This document shows positions 26,572-38,958 of a stretch of 64,000 nt of DNA, one piece after another; position 1 is the first letter of the stretch; every line of letters starts with the position of its first letter. The position numbers and the translations under genes are program-made. This stretch comes from Mytilus edulis. Taxonomy: Eukaryota. The stretch spans positions 27,962,001-28,026,000 of the forward strand of contig NC_092351.1 in NCBI RefSeq assembly GCF_963676685.1, read 5' to 3'. The notes beneath the pieces are model-generated. The model saw only the letters and a list, made by a program, of their open reading frames with translations. It was not told the origin of the DNA and searched no databases.

Positions 26572-27033
26572 TCATGATTTTCTTGATAGGGGGTTACTGC
26601 TCAAAAGGAAGCTATTAAACCAAGAGTTCCAAATGGTGAAGTTGAAATCATCCCTTCGTAAATTTTACGGACGCCATCACGAGTTGGTTGACCGTTATGG
26701 AATAACCGTTTCACAAATGATATCGGATATGTTCCTTACGACGTAACTACAATCCCCTTCCCTTTCATGAATGTGACCTACCGAATTAGACTATTTACCG
26801 GATTTATAATCACATAAGCAACATGACGGGTGCCACATGTGGAGCAGGATCTGCTTACCCTTCCGGAGCACCTGATATCACCCCTAGTTTTTGGTGGGGT
26901 TCGTGTTGTTTATTCTTTAGTTTTTTAGTGTACTATTGTTTTTCTGTTTGTCTTTTTCATTTTTAGCCATGGCGTTGTCAGTTTGTTTTAGATCTATGAG
27001 TTTGACTGTCACTTTGGTATCTTTCGTCCCTCT
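26572..27033 (+). mobile_element. 3' fragment of a second Penelope-like family (RT C-terminus plus 3' UTR)
   Basis: Translates as HDFLDRGLLLKRKLLNQEFQMVKLKSSLRKFYGRHHELVDRYGITVSQM, homologous to the end of ORF 21711-22757. A decayed minus-strand copy lies at ~46500-46915. Confidence 0.85.
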
Positions 27034-27609
27034 CGTCTCATATTTTATTTTTAAATTCTATCTCATATTTATATCTTTTTATTAACAGACAAAGTTTTCT
27101 GTATTTTTCATAAACAAACTATGCAAACTCTGGCCATTTTATAGCTTTGAAAATAACACGGTGATCTATACTTCTTATTATATTTTTGATAAGGCATTAA
27201 AATATCTTCATTCTTGCAAAGTAAAAGACCATTTCATCTGATGAAATGTATACCATTGATCCATCTCAAGCAGATACAAAGTAGTCATTAAATGACACAA
27301 GGTTATCAGAAGTAAAGTCTTTTTAAAAAGGTTATCTTTCTATTATTTTATTGATTTTGAAAGTTCTTTCTTTCTAATCATTAGAATAATAAATTATACG
27401 TTTACAAAATTATGCATGGACACTATTGACCTTCAAACTATATCAGTACAATTAAAATCCACACTATGCTTCCACCTAATCAGATAGGCTAAAAGGAGAC
27501 TTTATATTCAATTTGATATTTATTAGAAAGAACACAATAGAGGCGTGATCCAAATACAGACAATGATAATATTAAAACAACATATAAATGAAATATAAAT
27601 GCGTGTATT

Positions 27610-27800
27610 AGACCGTTGGTTTTCTCGTTTGAATGGTTTTACACTAGGAATTTTGGGGCCCTTTATAGCTTGTTGTTCGGTGTGAGCCAAGGCTCCGTGT
27701 TGAAGGCCGTACATTGACCTATAATGGTTTACATTTTTTAAATTGTTATTTGGATGGAGAGTTGTCTCATTGGCACTCACACCACATCTTCCTATATCTA
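27610..27800. repeat. High-copy dispersed repeat (gagttgtctcattggca..cataccacatct family)
   Basis: Copies at ~11440-11600, 28670-28890, 29690-29985, 31500-31770, 44160-44280, 56660-56970, 57520-57575 and 62250-62395. Confidence 0.8.
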
Positions 27801-29486
27801 ATAACAACAAGTCATAAGTAAACTCTATGGGTATCATAACATTCTAAGTATATTATACGAATACCATTACATTTTAAACTCATATTGATACAATGCATAT
27901 CACGATTATTCTTAATTTTCATAATTTTACTTAGAATACACAATCATCTATATAAGATATATCATTATATGCACACACTACTATAAAGGATAAATGTTAT
28001 CTGATGAAGCAGTATGGTGGTCTCTCAAATCAAGAGCTTTTTCAATATACATACAAATAGATTTTAGTTCTTTTTCAGACATATAATTTAAAATTTTGGT
28101 AAAATTTTCATCCAAATACTTTGAATTAATATCATTGATTTTATATTTAGATCTAATTTTGTTATATTTATATAAAATAAATCTGTTTACATACCAATGA
28201 ATCTGTACACTTCACTATGTTTCTGTTTTTGCGTGGTTTTTGTTCTAAATCTCATTTTTTTCCTGCCTACAAATATATGAACTGGTGTTTATATTTTCGT
28301 CTCTTACATTTAGACATGATCTTATTTGTATTTCTTTAAAGACATGTTTTTGCTGTCCTGTTTATGACTTCCAGTTTTACTCGTCCTTCTAAAGACTGGT
28401 TGAAAAAAAGCTTAGGAAAGATAATAAGAGGTGTTTTTTTCTATCTCCGGTAGTCTTCTTTATATGTCTACCGTACACCATTCTTGTCACAAAAAAATGT
28501 TCAAAATCTTAAATTCAAGTATTTTACTTCTTGAGAATGAATTGTCATTGTTTCTGTATAGCGGTCAATTACCAGTAGAGAAATTAAATATATATTATTG
28601 GATAAAATACTAAAACTTTATAATTGTACGTCATAAAAGACATCATTTATGTGGTACATTTTTGTTTTTCGTTCATTTTTTATATAAATAAGGCTGTTAG
28701 TTTTCTCGTTTGAATTGTTTTACATTGTCATATCGGGCCTTTTATAGCTTACTATGCAGTATGGGCTTTTGGGCTTTGCTCATTGTTTAAGGCCGTACGG
28801 TGAACTACAGTTGTTAATGTCTGTGTTATTTTTGTCTCTTGTAGACAGTTGTTTTATTGGCAATCGTACCACATCTTCTTTTTTGTATCATAGTTGGTTG
28901 CATATTATTATATATAAGTTTATGTATTTATACTTGGTAACAGTGGAAGGACAACATAACGTCATTGTCTCTCTTGATTATCTGATATATGTATTGTTGA
29001 CTTTTTTTTATCTCCATTTTTTTTTCTCTGTGTCTTCTCTTGATTTTTGAGTAAACGATCTTGATGGCCTTATTTTTTTTTCTCTAATTTTTGCAATAAT
29101 GATATTTACATGATTATCATTTAAAAAAAAATAATATTCATTCATGTATATTGTTGTACTCTGCATTGAATGTATTCGTCTTGTCACTATGGAAATATGT
29201 TATACGAGTTGCTTCGTAAAGAAAGCAAAATTATGCAAGTGCAGGTATACATGTACATGTACAAGACTTTAATTGATTTTGAAACATTTACATATGGAAA
29301 AGAATATGAATTTTCATCTGTTTTGTAGGGGATTTTCATATAGTTACATACTTTCCGGAGGGATTTGTTTTCTTTCAATCCGATAAAGGCTAACAGATGC
29401 ATTGATGTGTGTTTGAGAAGAATTTAGAGTTCTCAATGCTCTGCAACTTTGTTCTTTATATGACTCTTTTTTTATTTTATTGATTC

Positions 29487-29535
29487 GAGTGTCACTGATA
29501 AGTCTTTTGTAGAAAAAAAAACGCATAGTTGGCGT
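29487..29535 (+). ncRNA. Highly decayed family A hammerhead motif
   Basis: gagtgtca-CTGATAA-gtcttttgtaga-aaaaaaa-cgca...tggcgt in family A flanking context. Confidence 0.45.
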
Positions 29536-30384
29536 ACAAAATTTACATCCTGGTATCGATGATGATTTGTTTTGTATAAGGTTGATAGCTATCCGACGCA
29601 GCTCATATATCATGTATATGATATATATTGCTGTCAAGACCTTACTGAAACTTACCTTATAAATGAACATACAGGGAGAAGGTACATATTAAACCGTTTA
29701 ATCCCGCTGCACCTGTTGTAGTAAGGAACTTGATGTTCAGTAGTTGTCGTTTGTAGACGTGATTCATAAGTGATTTTCATTTATCATATTATATAAATAA
29801 GACCATTGGTTTTCCCGTTTGAATGGGTTTCCACCAGTCATTTTGTGGCCATTTACAGCTTGCCGTTTGGTGTGAGACAGTGTTGAAGACCCTACTACGA
29901 CCTATAATGATTTTTCTTTTACAAATTGTGACTCTGATGAAGAGTTGTCTCATTGGCACTCATACCACATCTTCTAATATCTATACACATATATAACATT
30001 CCCCTGTTTAAAAATTTACAAAAATAAATCTCGAATCTTATTTAATGTCAAGAAAGTGATTGCTTTAGTAATTTACAAGTTTGATATCGTCATTTAAAAC
30101 ACCTCATTAAACGTAATTATCGCACGGCAGGTAATTGGTGAAACGCCGTCATGTGGTGACCCTTATAGATTAGGTTAGTAAATGGCATTAAAGGGTTGCG
30201 TGAGATCATATCTACTGGCAATTATTACCCCATCTTTTGAAGCTGTTGTATGCTATTTGACCACTACGCAACACAGAGGGTGAGTACAATCTATAGGGGA
30301 TTCTGTCTTCGTCCTCACCACTATGGAGTGTACTTACCATTCAGGAATCCGTAATGGGTCATTAGCGAAACAAATAACTTATAA

Positions 30385-30640
30385 TATTGACAAATATTAC
30401 ATTTCTCACATTATGTGATCTACATAGAAACTGACTTAAACAACAAATTCTATTTTGGGAATTTCAATTGGACATTCAAAACAACAACATTCAAATAAAT
30501 AATATTTCAACTCTTTCATCGAAACTACTTCGTGAACAGTCTAACATCTCTTTGAGTTCTTTTATTATATGAGTTGCAGGGTTTTTTTATGACTTCAATG
30601 TTTTACCCATTAAACATTTTCAAAACATCATTTACGTAGT
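30385..30640 (+). promoter_or_regulatory. Paralogous upstream block 2 (splice donors lost)
   Basis: Shares gatctaca.aga, aaaacaaca, tattt.aact.tttca..gaactacttcgt and acccatt.aacatttt with blocks 1 and 3; the GTAAGT segment is deleted. Confidence 0.5.
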
Positions 30641-33619
30641 CTACTAGCAGGAATATCACACAATTATTTTTTATCGTCAAATATATGCACCGTAGAAAAA
30701 CTGAATGCAGCCTCTATGACAAGGATAGAAGGATAGTATAACGTTTTCTCTATTTAAACGTTGGCTTTCAATAATGAAGTTAGTCTGTCCATTGAACTCT
30801 GGAAATAAGTTATCTTGATTAGTCACTGCACTGTATGTAACGTACATTTATCAATTACGTCTTGCATTGTTTATCTCTGTGAACAAACCTCATGTACACG
30901 TACATCAGGTTAAAACCAATGTACAGATAAAATCGATTTGAACGATAAGCTAGTGCTCATTACATGAAACTGGTTGCATACAGGTTTACAGTACGCCACG
31001 TTTGTTTTTAACACAGCCTAAGTGAGTACATGTTTTAGTTTGGCTTTAGGGAATTTAATAAAATTTATATTTTTGACAGGTGGTCATCGTGTAATGGACA
31101 TTCCATTTAGTTTACATTGTTGTATCTAATTAACCTGTTTTACTTTGATAAGTGTTTGGTATGACTATAAATTATCACTTCTTTGTACTATGAGCAACAA
31201 CATTATTTATGTTTTAAAAAAATATTTCCTTTCTCCATTTAAACGGAGTACTTTACAACAACATTATTCCATTTACCTGTGTATATTTTTGTATTTGGCA
31301 ACTTTTTGTTCAAGATTATTGTTGTTTTTTAAATTGTTTAATATCTCAAACCGATATACTATTGTTTTCTTTATTTTGTTACCCCTTATTTTATCGATTT
31401 TGTATTTACATTGTATCATAGATCAAATTTATCCGTTCAGTGTATGTACACTTGTAATATGTCTTGATTGAGTAAAGCCATTTCAATTGATATTTAACGT
31501 TTAAACCCGCTGCATTTGTTTGCACCTGTCTTAAGTCAGGAATCTGATGTTCAGTAGTTCTCTCGCTTTTTATATGACATTATACCGTTAGGTTTTCAAT
31601 TTGAATGGTTTTACAATAGTAATTTTGGGACCCTTTATAGCTTGCTGTTTGGTATGAGCCAAGGCTCAGTGTTTAAGACCGTACTATGACCTATTATGGT
31701 TTACTTTTACAAATTGTGACTTGGATGGGAATTTGTCTCATTGTCACTCATACCACATTCTTTTATATCTATTAGTATATGGAAGCAAAAATAATCAAAA
31801 ATTAGTGATCAATTTTTTTGATGCCTCAGGCTCATAAAGAAAGTACCTGTCAAAAAAATGTGACGAATAAAATTCTTTAGAGGTAAATTATAGCTGGTTT
31901 GGACGGACAATTTGATTGTAACTGATCGGCTTATTAAATTTTGTCCCTGGTCAGATGTTTTACTTCTCCATTCCTGTGCCGCTTGGTGTTGTTTTCAAAA
32001 CCTTGATAGTTTTTAACCTATGATTTGGTAACCGTGACCTGGAAACTATTTTATTTATTACCAGGTAAGCCCTCCTATCTTTGATATTCATTGTTGCTGG
32101 GACATACGGTTAAACATTATAAGGTTAACAAGCCAACGATTAATAGTTAAGTGATTGAATACAGTTGACTTGGCCATCACCTTTGGGATATAAGCATGGG
32201 CTTGGATAAATAAAAAGTTAATTGTCAGATAAAGAGAAATGATTACTATTTTTTTGAAAAAGTAGCGCGCTTACAGATTCTGGAGCACCATGTACTTTAT
32301 TACATTACAAATTTGATGAAAGCTTTTATGAGAACTTACTAAAATTATTAAATAGAAAGTTCGCCTTCATTCAGCAAACATATACTCTTCTGATTCTTAG
32401 GTTGGTTTTGAAACAGAAATAGTTGTCCAAATATTTGTTTAAAATGTCACACGTATTTTACGTTGTTTCAGACATGAAAAGAAACTTTATCTTAGGTCTT
32501 GACTTGTTAGTCTGAAATAGAGAAAGGCTTTATTTTGATTGAGAAATGATACGAGTATGCCATTTAGAAAAGATTTTAATTTACTTAGTATGTCCGGCTT
32601 TCAAAAAGCAACATTCGAATATAATTTGTCAAGTTAAAGAAAACTTTTCAACTTTCAAATTCAATTTCAAATATTTATAAATTGCAACTGTTACACGTGG
32701 CAAATTAAATGAGAAGTCGGGATTATTTTGAGAATAGAAAGTTTAAAATGATAATATCACAAGAAGAACGTTTGAATTGAACAGAGATACCGCAGTATGC
32801 ATGATAAATACAGTCGTCATGGAGGCAATTTGTTTTTTCTTCAGAAGAATTAAAAACTACTTAACTTTAAAATTTAGAGGCAGGGGATCATCCTCATGTT
32901 AAATTAAAACCGTAAAGAACACTTTTTTTATAAGAGAAAAATTTGTCGATATGGCAATCCATGAATTTTTTTATGCTAAAGTCTTTCCAAGTTCACAAGG
33001 TAGTTGCAGCAAACCAGCATGTTTCCTAAACTTGTCTCTAATACTCCTCTACGGATTGGTCATTTCCATTGACGACTTTCGTTTAAAGTATGAATATACG
33101 AAAAAAAAAACTCTTTTATAGGAGTATTTTTCAAATTTAGATCAATTAAATTCTGATCATTGTATTCAAAGTTGCTGTTTGCTGTAGACGATTGTGTCTG
33201 CTACCCTGTTACAAATTTTCATTTATCAATAATGCAAAATAGTAGCAGACCTCCAATTCTTATTAGTGAAGAAAATACACCAAACAACGGCAATGTTTTT
33301 TTTTAATTTAGTTTTTAGACACAGTGGTACTACATTCACTAGATTTGCTTCAGCTTTTCATCTAACGCATATTCTAGTCGTGAAAGATAAATCGAATAAA
33401 TTTATGAACAGATGTTTTTATTTTTGCGTTCAATTATGAGTTTTTTTGTATTGTAGAATTCATCCTTATGGAATACAGCCAGAGTCAGTACGCAAGGCCA
33501 AGACCTGGCACGGTTTCCGAATCATTGGTAATTTGATGACTTAAGTATTCAAATTGTTAAGACAGTCCTTTCTTGTAGAATAAAGGTACTGTATAAGTTA
33601 TTTTATTTTTTTGTTACAT

Positions 33620-34762
33620 CTCTCGCAGAAAACTCGACATAGGGACAATGATCTGTCGGTGGCGTTAACTCATTAATCAAAAGTTTTTATTTTAGGTGGA
33701 AAACCTGTATGATTCATACTTTGTAAATGAATGCCTTATGTTAGGAAGTTTTCGTCTGTCCTTGACCTCTATTTCATGTTTAAGTAAAGATTTTTTGTAA
33801 TGTGTATTTCTCGCTTATTGAGCAATACGATAACTATATTTAGTATGTGCGTACCTTGCTTTGTCTTTATGCCTGTCAGACAGTTTTCATCTGACCTCGA
33901 CCTGTTGTCATGGATCAGAAAACAAGGTTTAGTGTTTGTGGTTTTAGTTTAAACATATTTTATTGTACAAAACAAATGAATTAGACAAAAGTTTTTCATC
34001 TTAGTTCGTTCTCTTCGTTGTATGGTGACATTCATATAATAGATACTATAAGCAATGGGTCTACTATATTTGGTGTATCGAATGAGTGTACGGTGTACAT
34101 GTCCTACTTGGAGTAGTATCATCTGTCATTGACCTCAATTTGATTGTCTCTTGGATAAAGTTAATTCATTTGATTGTTTGCCTTTGTAATACTAAACTTG
34201 GTGTGAGGAAATATTTTACGATGAACAATTCAGACAAAATGTACTATTTGACCTTGACCTCATTTTCACGGTTCATTGTTCAATATTTAGTTTTTATTTG
34301 TTAGTCTTAGTTTTTCTTAAACCAATAGGTCAACTATGTTTGGTATATAAAATAATTGTAAGGTGTTTATGTTTGTCTGGTTAGTATCATCTGACCTTGA
34401 CCTCATTATCATGGTTCATTGGTCAATGGTTTTTAGATTCTATTACCCTTAGCAATAGGTCAATTATATGTCACGCATTTATTGTATGAAATGTGTACAA
34501 GTCTGTCAGGGTTCGTCTGACTTTCACCTTATTTTCATGGTTTATTGGTCAGTGATATGTTTTCCTGATCAAGTTTGTTTCTTAGAAACAATAAGCAATA
34601 TTTTAACTATATTTTGAGTATGGAATGATTCAATTTGTAAGGTGTACATGTATGTTCGGTTTGTTTATGTGATACTTGAAGTAAAGCTTTATACTGACGA
34701 ATTCAAACATTAAATCAAAGATTAGTACAGCAGGCGAGACATTCAGCATGTGTACTCTTGTT
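33620..34762. mobile_element. Helentron/HINE-like element with internal satellite-like array
   Basis: Repeated tgaccttgacctcattttcatgg motifs at ~120-140-bp spacing; ends caggcgagacattcagcatgtgtactcttgtt. Confidence 0.55.
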
Positions 34763-34789
34763 GCTGCTTTAACCGCCAATAAAGGGGGC

Positions 34790-34960
34790 TGTAAAACCAA
34801 AGACTTATAAATTAGTTATTGTTTCTCCACGCTAGACACTACACTTGGCATTACGAAGTAAGAGCAAATACTTATTACTATACATAAAGTAAAAATAGTG
34901 TGTCCGGGTAAATTTGCCTCCTCCTATGGACTGTTACGTTGTGAACTAGCACGTTACAAC
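34790..34960 (+). mobile_element. Degenerate bivalve SINE core fragment
   Basis: aaaccaaagact.taaatt...gagcaaa.act...gtgtccg...ggactgtt...gaactagcac resembles a recalled mollusc SINE core; not verified. Confidence 0.35.
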
Positions 34961-35645
34961 GGATTATTATTTCAATTTAAAACATGACAAGGATCATATT
35001 ATTTTAACATTTATATGATCTCGGTGTGATACGCATGTAAAATTTACGACAAATACACCGAACCAGTTTTTACAAATCGATATAACCTAAGGTCTGAATT
35101 CAAACATTTTAATGGTAGATTTAATTTTGAACTTTCTATGTATAAAAAAATATGGGATCAAGTTTTATGTATCTATGGTGAGGTTATTCGACCTAATTCA
35201 AAATTGTTTTGAGTCAAACGCAATAGTAGTGTAAATGCTTCAGTCATAATATGTTTCAAAATTAGGGGAGATTTATATTGCATATTGCATATTATGGATT
35301 TTGTACATGTTGTACTTGAATACATTTGCATCACAACAACATACATGATAATTATAGGAGTCACCAAAAAAATAGATAATAGTATGCTGTTATAATTTAT
35401 TTTATTTTTTGAAAAAAGTATAATTTAAAAAAAATACTGAACTCCGAAAAATATTCAAAACGGAAAGTCCATAATCAAATGGCAAAATCAAAAGCTCAAA
35501 CACATCAAACGAATGTACAACACCTGTCATACTCCTGACTTAGTACAGGCATTTTATTATGTATAAAATGGTTGATAAAACCTGGTTTAATAAATGAAGT
35601 AAGCTTAACCTCTCACGTGTATGACAGTCGCATAAAATTTCATTG

Positions 35646-35917
35646 TTATGTGTCGGTTTTGTTTGCAAACTCAATGGGTATGCTCTATCTTAGTGTTAGA
35701 AATTAAAAAAAACATGATTCAGAGACATATATATACCGTGAGGATAGCAACACATTGCACCTATATTTATAGTTATTTCTCTTCCGTTAATTGACGAAAC
35801 ATAGTTTTCTTTCGTTTATTGACGAAACAGAGAAAGTTAACGTTTCTGTAAAGTCTTTGTTTTGTTGGTGTTTCCTTTTCTATATTGTACTTATTTTCAA
35901 TCTGTACCGACACATAA
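35646..35917. repeat. Small element bounded by a perfect 12-bp inverted repeat
   Basis: ttatgtgtcggt (35646-35657) / accgacacataa (35906-35917); internal duplicated ttgacgaaaca motif. Confidence 0.4.
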
Positions 35918-37064
35918 AAAACTAATCTTCGACATTTCTGTGAATTTTGTTTTCTTCTTAACAGACTATTTTATTTTCATTTTTATGTATCTGTAAGTAT
36001 TTCGCTATATTAAAAAATGTGATGCATGATCACAAATGCAAAATGGGTATCCGTGCATATTTGGTACATTGACGTAATACAGAATAAATATGGAACACAC
36101 AGTTTGAAATCAAGCAATTCTTTAAAATAGTTATCTGGCAAAAAAATTGTAATTAAGTTCACACAAATATTGTAACTTTTCTTGATAAGAGAAAGGATTT
36201 CACAATCCCAAAGTTTTCTTATATTCATAAAAAAAAATAGTATAACAACCAGCGATACATTCACTGATAGATATACAAGAATGCAAAAAGAAAATTTATA
36301 CATGTTACATAAATCTAAACCATGTCTTATTCTAGACAGGCACAGTAACCGATTGTTGACATACTAGTCCACAAGGTAACAGTCCGCGAGAAGACTATTA
36401 TCCTATGAGGAGACATCTTTCTAGCTACGAGCCTACCAGTCTTGGGTCTACCTTTTTATTGTCATGTGCTAAGCAGGAATTAACACATGACAGAGGCAAA
36501 ATTCCTTTGATCTTACTGTGGTATAATCTGGATAATGCACGGGTCAGGTGTGCATTAACTACTTCAATAATTGCACAGGTCACGTGAACTTCACGTCCTT
36601 GACAGATGTTTATTGTACAGTACTTTGCGTTTGTTGATTCCATTGCTACTACAGATATTTGTTTTTCTCCATTTTGTAAGAAATATCAAGTGGATACATG
36701 TATCTATACTCGGACATAAAAAATCAGTCACTTGATAAAACATCAGAATAGAAAACATACAAAACAAATGTAGTAGCATTACAATCAACACAATACAAGT
36801 CTAAATAAGATAAAGAACACAGGTTGATTTAATACTAAAATTATTTTTCCATCAATATAAAAAAAATTGTCATTAAAAAAAAATGAAAATAAAGTATCAT
36901 CGACATCTTTCTATTATAGTCTTGATATGTAAGATATCAGTGTCACAACATGACACAATGAAAACTAAAAAAAAACCCGCTTTTTCATACATTTCTATGT
37001 ACGGCTTAAAAACAACTTAAAATAACAATTCAGTGTTAAAAATTGAAAACAAAATCTGTGAGGT

Positions 37065-38958
37065 TCACATCTTCGTTACAAAATTGAACACGCAGTTTTG
37101 AAAAGAGCTGTTACTTGGCAATCCCCGATATTTTCCTTCTGGTTTTGAATCATTAAATGCATTTTCTGTATTTTCCATATTAACTTGCTCAGGAAGGATT
37201 GCACGAGTATCGGTTAATGGTTTGGGATCCTCAAGTTTTATCTGCTTATTAGATGGATTCAAAATGTTAGAGACATCTTTTAGCATAGAATCCGCAGGTC
37301 TTTTGTAGGTACGAACAGCTTTTTTACTCCTGTGACCTGTTCTATCCATTATCATCTGCTCACTGACTCCTGCTTGGTACAATCTAGTTGCAAGTGTTCT
37401 TTTCCCCGAGTGGTTACTAAAATTCCCCTTTAATTCTCCCTTTTGGCATATTGTCTTCATGAGTGACCCTAATCTATTAGCACCCAGTATGTGGTCAAAC
37501 TTAACAGAACCTTCTGATAAAACAGGTCTACGATAAAAAGGACTGCTAACCGATTTATCAATTTCGTATATTGCATTCATATACATCTGATACGATTTTA
37601 GGGTCTGACAATCCTTCTCTAAATATTGTCTGACAGATTTTGGTGCAATATAGCGATGGCGTAGCCCTCCATTATACGTTTTATTATCCTTACCCCGGAA
37701 TTCAATATAGTTTCCGTTATCATCTTCTCCTAATTGTATTTGAGAAATTTGCAGATTACGGTGTTCGTCACGACCACGTAGACCAAAATATTTACAGTTG
37801 TAGAAAAAAACAGTATGCAATAAACTTTCGGATGAATGATTACCAAACACAGACTTGTCCCACAATATTTCTTCCTGTTCAACTGAAATTGGATCTGCTT
37901 GTTTAACATTTATACCATACCCATCTGATGTTAATTTCTTCATCTGTGCATCAAGTATTTGTCTAAACCTCAGAAATCTGTCATCAGACTCGTTCAAAAA
38001 GTTAAGATTAGAAACACCGTGTGACCGCATTCCTCTTAGAAGTCCAGTTACAAGAAGATAAAGTGTTTTCGCTGGATATTTCTCTCCATTCTTTTTCCGA
38101 ACTTCTACTACAAATTTTCCTAAAATGCTGTTAATATCTTGAACAGACAAATCCTTCAGGTTTGGTATAATTAAACCACTACCAATTTTAGAATTCTTCC
38201 AGTCTTCATAGACATTAACTGCCCATTTTGTGGCTTTCTTTGTGTTTTTGTTCTCAGCACCTTCAATAAGTGTATCAATTTCATTGTCTGTCATTTCTGC
38301 AAACCTTGATTCGACTCCTTGTTCCTGATCTTTAGGTTCTTCATCCTAAAATAAGATAATATCACATAATTCAACACATGGCAGAGGCAAAATCCGGCAG
38401 TGGCAAATATTTCATGAATGTTCCGGATGAGAACAATTAAACAATAAAACTAGTCGGAAGTTTCCGTAAATGATTATATCAAGGGTCTAATTAGCAGATC
38501 CAGAACTTTTTATTTAAGGGGGAGGGCTGACTGACCTAAAAGGAGGGGGCGCGCGTCATGCTTCAGTGATTCCATATATAATTAACCATTTTTTTCCACA
38601 AAAGAGGGACCCGGGACTCCATCCCTTGGATCCGTCTATGGGTCCACACCTCAAATCATGCAATAATGGGTCTGCGCGTGGCAGATAATTCTAAAAAAAG
38701 ACGTACCTTGACATTTTGGATCTTTCCGTTTTCCGAAGGAACTTGCAACCATAGATCTAAGTCTAGTCCTAGGTCAAATGAAACAGCTGAGGTGTTGATT
38801 AAATCTCCAGATGCATTCTCATCCATCACATTACTAGGAAACTCTCCAAAAAAGTCCTCTATATTTACATTTCTCAGTTCCATTTCATCCTCCAATGTTT
38901 CTAATACTTGTGATAAGATCATATCATCCTCCGATAATTCATGATGAAATCCATCCAT
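37065..38958 (-). CDS. Crypton tyrosine recombinase (DUF3504 / ZMYM-QRICH1-KCTD1-related), ~510 aa; exons 38958-38707 and 38345-37065
   Basis: Phase-0 intron AAG|gtacgt...ttttag|GAT joins an acidic 84-aa exon to DEEPK...SRFAEMTDNEI. Motifs KNTKKATKWA, FVVEVRKKNGEKYPAKTL, GLRGRDEH (R), KTYNGG (K), NHSGKRT (H), TGHRS (H), VRTYKR (Y). Confidence 0.88.
38490..38640. mobile_element. Small MITE-like insertion in the Crypton intron
   Basis: GC-rich segment bounded by gcagatcca / tggatccgt. Confidence 0.45.

Noticed and set aside
37065-38294. Phage integrase / bacterial contamination or horizontal transfer
   Set aside because: The spliceosomal intron, Crypton/DUF3504-type motifs and host-like flanks indicate a eukaryotic transposon.
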